64,000 nt of DNA from an uncultured bacterium (GTDB lineage: Bacteria; Desulfobacterota; Binatia; HRBIN30; CADEER01). The notes under the pieces are model-generated. The model had not been told where the DNA came from, searched no databases, and saw nothing but the letters and a program-made list of their open reading frames with translations. Shown here one piece after another: positions 29,401 through 38,826 of the stretch. The position numbers and the translations under genes are program-made. The stretch spans positions 15,750 through 79,749 of the forward strand of contig CBFGUK010000002.1 in assembly GCA_965651925.1 (NCBI GenBank). Direction: 5' to 3'. How positions within the stretch are numbered: position 1 is the first letter of the stretch; every line of letters begins with the position of its first letter.

Positions 29401-29479
29401 CCGCAGATGACGCAGAGTACGCAGATGGCGCGGTGCCCGGGCCACTGCCGATTCCATCTGCGTCATCTGCGTCATCTGC
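29401..29479. repeat. Hairpin with arms of tandem 9-mers (CGCAGATGR x3 / YCATCTGCG x3) and a 23-nt loop, between the panE stop and the carboxyltransferase start
   Basis: cgcagatgacgcagagtacgcagatggcg … ccatctgcgtcatctgcgtcatctgcg. Confidence 0.45.
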
Positions 29480-29490
29480 GGATTCGGGCT

Positions 29491-30383
29491 TCAGAGCGCG
29501 CGCAGCAGGTCGTAGAGGACGCGGTGCGTCGGTGCGTCCATCCCGGCGCGGGCGGCGGCGCGCAGGACGGCGCCGTTGAGGGCGTCGTACTCGAGGCGGC
29601 GGCCGCGGTCGCGGTCCTGCAGCATCGACGTGCGCAGCGGTCCGAGCGTGCGACGGCTGTGCGCGAGCGTCGCCTCGACACGGCCGGGATCGAGCGCCAC
29701 GCCGCTCCCCTGCGCCACGGCGACGACTTCGCTCAGCGCGGCGCGCACGAGCGCTTCGCCGTCAGGCTGCGCAAGCAGCTCGCCGACGGTGCGTCGAGTG
29801 ATCGCGGTCACGGCGTTGAAGGCGGCGTTCCAGGCGAGCTTGTCCCAGAGCAGCACGTCGATGTGCGCCGAGACGTGATGGTCGACGCCGGCGCGGGTGA
29901 AGAACTCCGCCAGGCGCGCGACGCGCGCGCTGTGGGCGCCGCCCGGCTCGCCGAACAGGATGCGGCCACCGGAATCGTAGCGCACCACGCCCGGCGCGAT
30001 CATCTCGGCGCCGATGTACGTCAGCCCGCCGAGTAGCGGCGGCAGGTCGAGCGCCTGCGCGAGACGCGCTTCGTTCTCGATGCCGTTCTGTAGCGAGAGG
30101 ACGATCGTGTCGGCGTGCACCACCGGGCGCAGCGCCGCGGCGATCGCCGCCGTGTCGTACGACTTCACGCACACGAGGACGAGATCGCACCGCCCCGCGT
30201 CGGCGGGATCCTCGACCGCCCGCAGCGGCGCGATGTGCTCACGCCCGGTGCGCGAGTCGATGCAGAGACCGTCACGGCGCAGCGCGGACAGTGTCGCCCC
30301 GCGGGCAAGGAAGACGATGTCCTCGCCTGCGGCGGCGATGCGGCCCCCGAAGTATCCGCCCACCGCTCCGGTGCCCGCCACCA
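29491..30383 (-). CDS. panE: 2-dehydropantoate 2-reductase (ketopantoate reductase, ApbA/PanE family)
   Basis: MRTLVAGTGAVGGYFGG Rossmann start. …VCVKSYD… and C-terminal …SMLQDRDRGRRLEYDALNG… PanE signature. Confidence 0.75.
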
Positions 30384-30495
30384 GCGTGCGCATGCCGGCG
30401 AACGAACCACAGCAACGCGGGGCTGTCACGCCCACCGTGGGATCCGCGTCCGACGTGCCTTGCGCATGCGCCACGCGCGATGACATGAGCGGCCG

Positions 30496-31113
30496 ATGCC
30501 GCAGGACCGCCCGCTGCTGCTTGCGCCCGAGCGCACGCCGACCATTGCGCTGTTTGCGCTCGTGCTCGGATTGCTCGTCGCCCTGCTCGAGATCGGCGCC
30601 ATCGCCTTCGCGTTCGAGCGCATCGGCATCGCCTCGTCGCACCTCGTCACGCTGCTCGCCGTGTCGCTGCTCGGCAGCAATCTCAACCTGCCGCTGACCC
30701 GGGCGGCGGAGGACGGCCACCCCGCGCTGGCGGCGAACGTCGGCGGTGCGCTACTGCCGGCCGGTCTGTCGGGCTACCTGCTCGCCACCGGTGCGGCCCC
30801 GCCGCTGACCGCGCTCGGCGTCGCCGCCGTCGCGCTCGTCGTTCATCGCCTCGCCCGGCCGGTGCCGGGGGTCGGCATCGCGGTGCCGATATTCGTTCCG
30901 CCGCTCGCGGCGGCGGCGGCCGGTCTCGTGCTCGCGCCCGCGTCGGCACCCGCGGCCGCCTACGTCGCTGGCACGCTCGGCACGCTGATCGGGGCCGATC
31001 TCTCAAACCTCGGGCGCCTGCGCGCCCTCGGCGGCACCGTCGCCGCGATCGGCGGTGCCGGCACGTTCGACGGCATCTTCGTCACCGGCGTGCTGGCGGT
31101 GCTGCTGGCGTGA
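30496..31113 (+). CDS. Integral membrane protein of unknown function (possibly DUF1614-like)
   Basis: 205 aa, 5-6 predicted TM helices, Ala/Gly/Leu-rich. Stop overlaps the rhomboid GTG start (GTGA). Confidence 0.5.
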   Translation: MPQDRPLLLAPERTPTIALFALVLGLLVALLEIGAIAFAFERIGIASSHLVTLLAVSLLGSNLNLPLTRAAEDGHPALAANVGGALLPAGLSGYLLATGAAPPLTALGVAAVALVVHRLARPVPGVGIAVPIFVPPLAAAAAGLVLAPASAPAAAYVAGTLGTLIGADLSNLGRLRALGGTVAAIGGAGTFDGIFVTGVLAVLLA

Positions 31114-31985
31114 GCGACGACACTCTCCATGCGGTGCGCCGCGCCGCCGGGCGGCGCGCGGTCGAGGACTGGGCGCTGGTGCTGACCGCCACCGGCATCG
31201 ACGCGCGCATCGACTGGAGCCCCGCGCACGGCTACCTGCTCGTCGTCGCCGCCGCCGATGCCGCGGCGGCGCGCACCGCGCTCGATGCCTACGACGCCGA
31301 GAACCGCGCCCGCCCGGCGGCGCCGGCGCCACCGACCTACGGACGGACGCTCGCGGCGCCAGTGATCACCGCTGCCCTCTGCCTGCTGTTCGTCGTCACC
31401 GGCCCGCGCGCGGGCGGACATGCCTGGTTCGACGCCGGTGCCGCCGATGCCGCGCGTCTGCGTGCCGGCGAGTGGTGGCGGGCGGTGACGGCGCTGACCC
31501 TGCACGCCGACTTCCCGCACGTGTTCTCCAACGCCATCGCCCTGCTCGTGTTCGGCACCGCGCTCTGCACGCTGGTCGGCCCGGGCAGCGGCGCCTGGCT
31601 GCTGCTGCTCGCCGGCACTGGCGGCAACCTGCTGAACAGCGCGCTGCGCGGCGCGCCGCACCGCGCAATCGGCGCCTCGACGGCAATCTTCGGCGCGCTC
31701 GGTGCCCTCGCCGCGATCCGCGTCGTGCAGCGCCGGCGCGGCGCCGACATCGCCACGTGGCGCGCCTGGGCGCCGCTCGCCGCCGCGCTCGCCCTGCTCG
31801 GCTTTCTCGGCGCATCCGAACGCACCGACATCCTCGCGCATCTGTTCGGCTTCGTCGTCGGCGCGCTGCTCGGCGCAGCGCTCGCCGTGCTTCGGCCCGA
31901 GCCGTTCGCGCCGCGCGTGCAGCACGCGCTCCTCGTCGCCGCGGCGCTGGTCGTCGTTCTCGCGTGGGCGCTGGCGCTGCGCTGA
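31110..31985 (+). CDS. Rhomboid-family intramembrane serine protease with N-terminal cytoplasmic domain
   Basis: Catalytic GxSG (…RAIGASTAIFGALG…) and downstream His (…AHLFGFVVG…). Conserved …WRAVTALTLH… TM2. Confidence 0.75.
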   Translation: MSDDTLHAVRRAAGRRAVEDWALVLTATGIDARIDWSPAHGYLLVVAAADAAAARTALDAYDAENRARPAAPAPPTYGRTLAAPVITAALCLLFVVTGPRAGGHAWFDAGAADAARLRAGEWWRAVTALTLHADFPHVFSNAIALLVFGTALCTLVGPGSGAWLLLLAGTGGNLLNSALRGAPHRAIGASTAIFGALGALAAIRVVQRRRGADIATWRAWAPLAAALALLGFLGASERTDILAHLFGFVVGALLGAALAVLRPEPFAPRVQHALLVAAALVVVLAWALALR

Positions 31986-32058
31986 GGGTGCGGAGGTCGG
32001 TCACGCAGCGGGGACGCGTCCCGGGGGCGCGGGCGGCCCGCCCGCATGGCGGGGCGGT

Positions 32059-32100
32059 GGGTTCAGTGCTGACATGCTGACGTACTGACGTGTTGACGTA
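32059..32100. repeat. Tandem array of five 8-mers (YTGACRTR), each containing a TGACGT core, between convergent 3' ends
   Basis: ctgacatg ctgacgta ctgacgtg ttgacgta ttgacgtg. No inverted partner arm detected. Confidence 0.35.
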
Positions 32101-32203
32101 TTGACGTGGGGCGACGGCGAGAGGCGACGTTTCGTACGACCGCCTTCGCTCGGGGGGCTCCCCCTGCATGCGGGCGAGCACGCCCGCGGTCCGGCCGAGC
32201 GGC

Positions 32204-33043
32204 CTACCGCCGCCGCTGCTTCGTGATCTGGCGGTAGCGCACCATGTGCCGGACGGCGGCGTCGCGCTCGCCGAGGCGGGAGAGGAGCTGCGAGAGGTTG
32301 TAGTGCGCGTCGGCGAAGTCGGGGCGCAACGCGATTGCGCGCCGGTAGTGTGCGGCGGCGTCGGCGGGACGGTCGAGATCCTCGCAGGCGAGCCCGAGGT
32401 TGAAGTGCGTCACCGGATCGATCTCGTTGTGCACCAGGGCCTCGTGGTAGCAGCGCGCGGCGCCCGCGGCGTCGTCGGCCTCGTGCAGCAGGCGACCGAG
32501 ATTCACCCACGCATCGGCATGGGCGGGCTCGAGCGCCACCGCCTCGCCGTACGCCGCACGTGCCGCCTGCGGGTCGTCCTCTTCGAGCGCCAGGCCGTGC
32601 TCGAACCAGTCGTTCGCCGTCAGGCGCGGCGGCTCGCCGCGGCGTCGCGGCGTCGGCAGCACGCGCACCGGGCGCGCCCGACGGGCGAGCTCGTCGACGG
32701 TGAACGCGAACTGCAGCTGGCCGTCCTCCGGCTGCCAGACGTCGCGGCCGGTGCGCGCGACGACGCGACCGCCGGCGGCGCTGATGCGCACCCCGGAGAG
32801 CGGCCGGCCGGCGGGCAGCTGCCGGACGAGCTCGCGCAGCGCACGCTTCACGCGCGCCGGCGGCACGCGCGCCGCGCGCAGCTCGAGCGCGGTGCGCAGC
32901 AGGACGACATCCTGGAACGCGAAGCGCAGGTTCCGCCCGTCGCGGGCCGGGATGCACCAGCCGGCGCGCACCATGGCGCGCACGCGGTCGGGCGACACCG
33001 CGAGCACCCGTGCGACGTCGGCGGTGCGCAGCCCCGCGCTCAC
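32204..33043 (-). CDS. DNA-binding HTH (excisionase/MerR-like HTH_17) + TPR-repeat protein, translationally coupled to Ku
   Basis: GTG start overlapping the Ku stop (GTGA). N-term …LRTADVARVLAVSPDRVRAMVRAGWCIPARDGRNLRFAFQDVV…. C-terminal TPR units (…AHADAWVNLGRLLHE…AARCYHEALVHN…THFNLGLACED…AHYNLSQLL…). Confidence 0.6.
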   Translation of the reverse strand: MSAGLRTADVARVLAVSPDRVRAMVRAGWCIPARDGRNLRFAFQDVVLLRTALELRAARVPPARVKRALRELVRQLPAGRPLSGVRISAAGGRVVARTGRDVWQPEDGQLQFAFTVDELARRARPVRVLPTPRRRGEPPRLTANDWFEHGLALEEDDPQAARAAYGEAVALEPAHADAWVNLGRLLHEADDAAGAARCYHEALVHNEIDPVTHFNLGLACEDLDRPADAAAHYRRAIALRPDFADAHYNLSQLLSRLGERDAAVRHMVRYRQITKQRRR

Positions 33044-33924
33044 TTGCTCTTGCGCGCCTTCGGCGCCGCCGCGCTGCGGGCGCCCTTGGCGCGCGCGGGC
33101 TTGCGTTGCCCGCCACCGGCCGCCGCGGCGGCCGGTTCCGCGCGTGTCTCACCGCGCTCGGCGAGGCTCGCCTTGAGGGCCTCCATGAGATCGATGATCT
33201 GGCCCTTCGGGGCGCGGGGCGGCGCGAGCGCGACCTCCTGTCCGGCCACCTTCTGCTCGATCAGCGTCATCGCGCGCTCGCGGTACTCGTCGTGGTATTT
33301 CTCCGGCTGGAAGCGGTCGCTCGCCAGCTGCTCGATGAGCTTCACGGCGAGATCGAGCTCGCCGGACTTGAGCGTCACCTCGTCGCCGCGATCGATCTCG
33401 GCGAAGTCGCGCACCTCGTCGGCGTAGAAGAGCGAGTGCAGCATGAGCCCGCCCTGCGCCTCGCGCAGCAGCACGAGCTGCTGGCGCCCGCGCGTCGAGA
33501 AGCGCGCCACGGCGCCCTTGCCGGCGCTCGCCATCGCCTCGCGCAGCAGCCGGTAGGCCTTGTGGCCGCCCTTGTCGGGGCCGAGCAGGTACGCCTTCTC
33601 GAAATAGATCGGATCGACCTCGGCGATCGGCACGAACTCCTCGATTTCGATCGACTGGTCGCTCTGCTGGTCGAGCGCCTTGAGCTCCTCGGGCGAGAGC
33701 ACCGCGTACTGGTCCTTGGCGTACTCGTAGCCGCGCGCCATCTCGCCGCGCTCGACGATCTCCCCGCAGGTCTGGCAGACGTACTGCTGGCGCAGGCGGG
33801 AATTGTCCTTGGCGTGCAGGAGGTTGAACGACAGATTCTTCGACTGCGTCCCGGTGAAGAGCTTGACCGGTACGGAGACGAGTCCGAAGCTGATGGTTCC
33901 GGAGGCAATCGCGCGTGGCGGCAT
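33040..33924 (-). CDS. ku: Ku protein (non-homologous end joining)
   Basis: Canonical bacterial Ku N-terminus …ISFGLVSVPVKLFTGT… and Lys/Ala-rich C-terminal tail. Confidence 0.9.
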   Translation of the reverse strand: MPPRAIASGTISFGLVSVPVKLFTGTQSKNLSFNLLHAKDNSRLRQQYVCQTCGEIVERGEMARGYEYAKDQYAVLSPEELKALDQQSDQSIEIEEFVPIAEVDPIYFEKAYLLGPDKGGHKAYRLLREAMASAGKGAVARFSTRGRQQLVLLREAQGGLMLHSLFYADEVRDFAEIDRGDEVTLKSGELDLAVKLIEQLASDRFQPEKYHDEYRERAMTLIEQKVAGQEVALAPPRAPKGQIIDLMEALKASLAERGETRAEPAAAAAGGGQRKPARAKGARSAAAPKARKSK

Positions 33925-33984
33925 CCAGGCTCCTTCCTGCAGCCCGACACTCTATCAGCGCCCCCTGCCCGGCGCGAGAGTTTT

Positions 33985-36561
33985 GTGAAACGTGAACGCG
34001 GCCGGGCGGACGACCGCCTCGACACCTACCGGCGCAAACGCGATCCGGCGCGCACGCCGGAACCGTTCGGCGGCATCGTCGCCACCGGGCGCGGCCGCAC
34101 TTGCCGCTTCGTCGTGCAGCAGCACGCGGCCCGGCGCCTGCACTGGGATCTCCGCCTCGAGATCGGCGGCGCCCTGACGAGCTGGGCCGTGCCGCGCGGC
34201 CCCTCGCTCGACCCGAAGGAGCGCCGGCTCGCGGTGCAGACCGAGGATCATCCGCTCGACTACCTCGACTTCGAAGCAGTGATCCCCGCCGGCAACTACG
34301 GCGCCGGGGCGATGATCGTCTGGGATTGCGGGCGCTATTTCACCGTCGACGACAGCGAGCCCGCCGACGGGCTCGCCGCCGGCAAGATCGATTTCGAGCT
34401 CTGCGGCCACAAGCTGCGCGGACGCTGGGCGCTGGTGCGCACGAAGGAGGCGGACGGCCGCCAGTGGCTGCTGTTCAAGAAGGCCGACGCCGTCGCCGGC
34501 GGGCCCGAGCCGGTCGACCGCCAGCCGCAGTCGGTGTTCTCCGGGCTCACCGTCGAGGAGCTCGCCGCCGGTGTGCGGCGCGACGCGGCGCTGGCCGCCG
34601 CGGCGGCGGCGGCCGGCGCACCACGCGCGGCGCTGCCGGCGCGTGCCCTGGCGCCGATGCTCGCTGAGACCACCGACACGCCGTTCACGCGCGCCGGCTG
34701 GCTCTTCGAGCTCAAGTACGACGGCATCCGCGTCCTGCTCGTACGCCGCGGCAGTGGCCGGCTGCAGCTCCTCGCGCGCAGCGGGCGCGACCTCACCGCG
34801 CAGTATCCCGACATCATCGGTCCGGCGGCGCACCTGCCCTGCGACGACTTCGTCCTCGATGGCGAGCTCGTCGCCCTCGATGCGCGCGGCACGGGATCCT
34901 TCGAACGCCTGCAGGGGCGGCTCGGGCTGACGAATCCGTGGGACATCCAGCGCGGCGTGATCGAGACGCCGCTGCAGCTGCACGCCTTCGACCTCCTTGC
35001 CGCCGCCGGGCACGACCTGCGGACGCTGCCGCTGGCGACGCGCAAGGCCCTGCTGCGGACGCTCGTCCCGCCGCAGGGCGCCATCCGCTACGTCGACCAC
35101 ATCGAGGAAGCCGGCACCGCACTGTACGACGCGAGCGCCGGGCACGGCATCGAGGGCATCGTCGCCAAACGCGCCGACTCCCCCTACCGCAGCGGCCAGC
35201 GCAGCCGCGACTGGCTGAAGATCAAGCATCCGCGGCGCGCCGAGCTCGCCGTCGTCGGCTACCTGCCGGGCAAGGGCACGCGCGCCGCGCTCGGCGCGCT
35301 CATGCTCGGCTGGCGACGCAACGGCACCCTGGTGCATGCCGGCAACGTCGGCAGCGGACTCTCGCACGGACTCGTCGAGCAGCTGCGCCCGCAGCTCGAC
35401 GCGGCGGCGCGGGCGACACCGGCGTTCGCCACCGGCGCCGATCCCCTGCCGCGCAACGCGGTGTTCGTCGAGCCGCGGCTGCGCGCCCGCGTGCGCTACA
35501 CCGAGGTGACCGAACGCGGCCTGCTGCGTCAGCCGGTGCTCGAGGCGGTGCTCGACGATGGCGATCCCACCGCCGTCGCGCTCGCCCCGGCGTCGGGCGG
35601 CGACCCCGCCGCGGCGGCGGAAGCGATCGCGAATGCTTCCCCACCCGACGCTGCGCCACCGCCCGCGGCATCCGCAGCGGGACCGCGCGTCCGCACCACG
35701 AATCTCGACAAGGTGTACTGGCCGGCGGACGGCTACACGAAGGGCGATCTGCTCGCGTACTACGACGCGATCTGGCCGGCGCTCGAACCCTACCTGCGCG
35801 ACCGGCCGCTCGTGCTGACCCGCTTTCCCGATGGCATCGAGGGCAAGTCGTTCTACCAGCAGAACGCGCCGCCCGCCCTGCCCGACTGGATGCCGACCTG
35901 CCGCGTCGGGGATACCGAATACGTGCTGTGCAACGAGCGCGACGCGCTGCGCTACGTCGTCAATTCCGGCTCGATCCCGCTGCACATGTGGAGTGCGCGC
36001 TGCGGCAGCATCGAGCGGCCGGACTGGGCAATCCTCGATCTCGACCCCAAGGATGCGCCGCGCCGCGACGTCATCACCGTCGCCCGCCGCATCCACGCGC
36101 TGCTCGCGCCGCTCGGCGCGCCGCATTTCATCAAGACCTCGGGACAGGACGGCCTGCACGTCCTGTTGCCGCTCGGCGGCGTGCTGACCCACGACCAGGC
36201 GCGCGCCTTTGCCGAGGTGCTCGCGCGACTGGTCGTCGCCGACCTGCCCGACATCGCCACCGTCGCGCGCTCGCTCGGCGCCCGCGGCGGCAAGGTGTAC
36301 GTCGACTTCCTGCAGAACGGGTCCGGCAAGACGATCGTTGCGCCCTTTGCCGTGCGGCCGCGCCCCGGCGCTCCGGTGTCCACCCCGCTCGAGTGGCGCG
36401 AGGTCACGGCACGCCTCGACCCCGCCCGGCACACGATCACATCCGTGCCGGCGCGTGTCGCGTCACGTGGCGATCCGATGCGACCGCTGCTCGACCAGCG
36501 CATCGACGTGGCGGCGGTGCTCGGCGCGCTGCAGGAGCAGTTGCGCGAACGGGAGGAGTAG
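33985..36561 (+). CDS. ligD: ATP-dependent DNA ligase LigD (phosphoesterase - ligase - polymerase domain order)
   Basis: GTG start. PE domain …LDTYRRKRDPARTPEP…FVVQQHAARRLHWDLRLE…. Ligase motif I …ELKYDGIR…. C-terminal Pol/primase domain (…FPDGIEGKSFYQQ…SGQDGLHVL…). Confidence 0.9.
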   Translation: MKRERGRADDRLDTYRRKRDPARTPEPFGGIVATGRGRTCRFVVQQHAARRLHWDLRLEIGGALTSWAVPRGPSLDPKERRLAVQTEDHPLDYLDFEAVIPAGNYGAGAMIVWDCGRYFTVDDSEPADGLAAGKIDFELCGHKLRGRWALVRTKEADGRQWLLFKKADAVAGGPEPVDRQPQSVFSGLTVEELAAGVRRDAALAAAAAAAGAPRAALPARALAPMLAETTDTPFTRAGWLFELKYDGIRVLLVRRGSGRLQLLARSGRDLTAQYPDIIGPAAHLPCDDFVLDGELVALDARGTGSFERLQGRLGLTNPWDIQRGVIETPLQLHAFDLLAAAGHDLRTLPLATRKALLRTLVPPQGAIRYVDHIEEAGTALYDASAGHGIEGIVAKRADSPYRSGQRSRDWLKIKHPRRAELAVVGYLPGKGTRAALGALMLGWRRNGTLVHAGNVGSGLSHGLVEQLRPQLDAAARATPAFATGADPLPRNAVFVEPRLRARVRYTEVTERGLLRQPVLEAVLDDGDPTAVALAPASGGDPAAAAEAIANASPPDAAPPPAASAAGPRVRTTNLDKVYWPADGYTKGDLLAYYDAIWPALEPYLRDRPLVLTRFPDGIEGKSFYQQNAPPALPDWMPTCRVGDTEYVLCNERDALRYVVNSGSIPLHMWSARCGSIERPDWAILDLDPKDAPRRDVITVARRIHALLAPLGAPHFIKTSGQDGLHVLLPLGGVLTHDQARAFAEVLARLVVADLPDIATVARSLGARGGKVYVDFLQNGSGKTIVAPFAVRPRPGAPVSTPLEWREVTARLDPARHTITSVPARVASRGDPMRPLLDQRIDVAAVLGALQEQLREREE

Positions 36562-36792
36562 GTTGTCAGGTTGTTACGTTGTCAGGTTGTCACGTTGTCA
36601 GGCTATCTGGCGTTTCCAATCGTCGATGGGGCATGCACACCCGCCCACCTCGGCGTCTGGCGCCGCTCCCTCGGTGCCTGTTGGATGGGGCATGCGCGCC
36701 CTATTCAACCGGCGCCGCCGGAGCCGCGCCTCCAGAGTGCGTGGCCGAGCCGACCAGCCTGACAGCGCAACAACAAACAACCTGACAACCTG
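36562..36792. mobile_element. ~230-bp MITE-like element. Degenerate ~35-bp terminal inverted repeats built from tandem GTTGTCAG octamers, with internal direct repeats (gatggggcatgc x2). Begins 1 nt after the ligD stop.
   Basis: Left: gttgtcaggttgttacgttgtcaggttgtcacgttgtcagg. Right: cctgacagcgcaacaacaaacaacctgacaacctg. No ORF inside. Confidence 0.4.
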
Positions 36793-36794
36793 CT

Positions 36795-38261
36795 TCATCG
36801 CATGACGACGCCGAACCAGAACGTCAGTGCAGCGAGACCGATGGCGTCGAGGAGAACGCCGTAGCGGATCATCTGGCGCTGACTGACGTAGCCGGTCGCA
36901 TAGGCCATGGCGTTGGTCGGCGTGGACACCGGCAGCATGAAACCGAACGTGCATGCGACCGTGGCGGCGAGGGCCAGCTCGACGGTGTCACCGCCGGACT
37001 CGGCGCTGATCGCCAGCACCACCGGGATGATCATGTTCGCGCTCGCCGTGTTCGAGGTCGTTTCCGACACGAGGATCGCCAGCGCGCAGAACAGCAGCAC
37101 CATGAGCGGCGCGCTGCCGCCGGGGACGTACCCGGCGAGCGCCGTACCGAGCGCCGCGGCGACGCCGGTCTGCATCATCAGATGGCCGAGACACATGCCG
37201 CCGCCGAACAGCACCACCACCGGCCAGTCGATGGCGGCAAGATCGCGCAGATCGAGCACGGCGCGGCCGCTGCCGGGCGTATCGTCGATCCAGAACAGCG
37301 CCGCCGCCGTGAGCAGCGGCACCACCGCCTCGGGCAGACGCGCGCGCAGGAACGCTCCTGCAGCGGGGGCGAACAGGCCGACGAGCGAGGGGATCATCCA
37401 CAGCAGCGCGGTGATGACCAGGGTCGTCGCCACGCGCCGCTCGACGCTGCGCCACGGCCCCAGCGCCGCGTAGCGCGCCGCCATCTGGGCGCGATCGTAG
37501 AGGAAGTCGGTCGCGTCGCGCCGAAACAGCCAGATGAACCAGATCATCGTCGCGACGAGCACGAGGAAGGTGACCGGAAACACCTGGACCACCCATTCCG
37601 CGAACGAGATCCGGCGGCCGGTCGCCTGTTCGATGAGCCCGATGCCGATCAGGTTCGGCGGCGTCCCGATGGGTGTGAACAGGCCGCCGATCGACGCGCC
37701 GTAGGTGACGATGAGCACGAAGCCGGCGGCGAGGGCCTGCGGCACGTCGCGGCGCGTGCCGATGATCGCCCGCAGCACCGCCAGCGCGATCGGCAGCATC
37801 ATCGCCGTCACCGCCACGTTGCTCATCCACGCCGACAGGGCTGCGGTCGTCAGGCCGAGCAGCGCGAACGCATGGATCGGATCGTTGCCGACCAGCCGGT
37901 GCGAGAGCACGCCGTAGGCGATGCGCTCGTTCAGCCGATGCTTGAACGTCGCACCGGCGAGCAGGAAGCTGCCGACGAAGAGCAGCACGATCGGATTGCC
38001 GAACTCGGCGAACGCCTGGGCGGCGGGCGCGGCGCCGACGAGCACGGCCAGCGCCGGCCCGAGCAGCGCGGTGACGGCGAGCGGCAGGGCCTCGCTGAGC
38101 CACAGCGTCGCCACGACCACCAGGACCGCCGTCAGCCGCCGACCGGGCTCCGCGAGGTCGGGCAGCGGGAACGCATACACGACCGCGGCGAGCCCGAGCG
38201 CGACGGCGGCCGCGACGAACCGTCGCCCTGCGCCCCGCACGACTCCCCCGCCCTCATCCAT
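36795..38261 (-). CDS. DASS/SLC13-family anion (di/tricarboxylate or sulfate) : Na+ symporter
   Basis: ~12 TM. Duplicated hairpin-loop motifs …SNVAVTAMMLPIALAV… and …SNTASANMIIPV…. Start at MDEGGG. Confidence 0.8.
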   Translation of the reverse strand: MDEGGGVVRGAGRRFVAAAVALGLAAVVYAFPLPDLAEPGRRLTAVLVVVATLWLSEALPLAVTALLGPALAVLVGAAPAAQAFAEFGNPIVLLFVGSFLLAGATFKHRLNERIAYGVLSHRLVGNDPIHAFALLGLTTAALSAWMSNVAVTAMMLPIALAVLRAIIGTRRDVPQALAAGFVLIVTYGASIGGLFTPIGTPPNLIGIGLIEQATGRRISFAEWVVQVFPVTFLVLVATMIWFIWLFRRDATDFLYDRAQMAARYAALGPWRSVERRVATTLVITALLWMIPSLVGLFAPAAGAFLRARLPEAVVPLLTAAALFWIDDTPGSGRAVLDLRDLAAIDWPVVVLFGGGMCLGHLMMQTGVAAALGTALAGYVPGGSAPLMVLLFCALAILVSETTSNTASANMIIPVVLAISAESGGDTVELALAATVACTFGFMLPVSTPTNAMAYATGYVSQRQMIRYGVLLDAIGLAALTFWFGVVMR

Positions 38262-38416
38262 CGCCGCCCGCGCTTGTAGCGGCCCGCACGGCAAAAGAGA
38301 ACGCACGCGGCTCGGGCACGCCGGCCGAACGCCGCACGTGCACGGTGCGGCCCACCCGGGCGCAGGCCGTGCGACGGGTCGCCTCGCATGGACAAGGCCA
38401 TCTGCGGCGACCGGAT

Positions 38417-38434
38417 TCCGACGGTGTGACGTTT
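38417..38434. promoter_or_regulatory. Palindrome GTGACG-N4-CGTCAC in the divergent region upstream of the DASS transporter
   Basis: gtgacgttttcgtcac. Candidate operator only. Confidence 0.2.
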
Positions 38435-38601
38435 TCGTCACGCCATATTCGGCAAAAACCGTTGTCCCGCGGTAACCGGCCCGCTGGTGCACCGTGATTT
38501 GCTACCGACACGAAATCGATCGCAGCACCCCGCGGATGCGGGGGCAGGTGTCATGCGAGGATTGAATGCCTGAAGTCGAACCCGCACTCGAAGGAGCAGT
38601 G

Positions 38602-38808
38602 ATGGCGATCCTGCTCCGGCTGCTGTTCGGCTTCGACGTCAGCATCCCTCTCGCCCTGCTCGCCGGCATCGGCAGCCGCCTCGCCACCGCCTGGTTCGGT
38701 CCGGATTTCGTGCCGCCGGACTGGTGGCTCGCCGAGCTCGTGGTCAGCAGCGCGGTGACGATGGCGCTGCTCGGCTGCCTGCAGGTCGCGCGCGCCCAAC
38801 GCATCTGA
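38602..38808 (+). CDS. Small hydrophobic protein (68 aa), hypothetical
   Basis: AAGGAG RBS 6 nt upstream of the ATG (MAILLRLLFGFDVSIPLALLAGIG…). Two predicted TM helices. Confidence 0.35.
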   Translation: MAILLRLLFGFDVSIPLALLAGIGSRLATAWFGPDFVPPDWWLAELVVSSAVTMALLGCLQVARAQRI

Positions 38809-38826
38809 CACCACCGCGCGCCGGAA

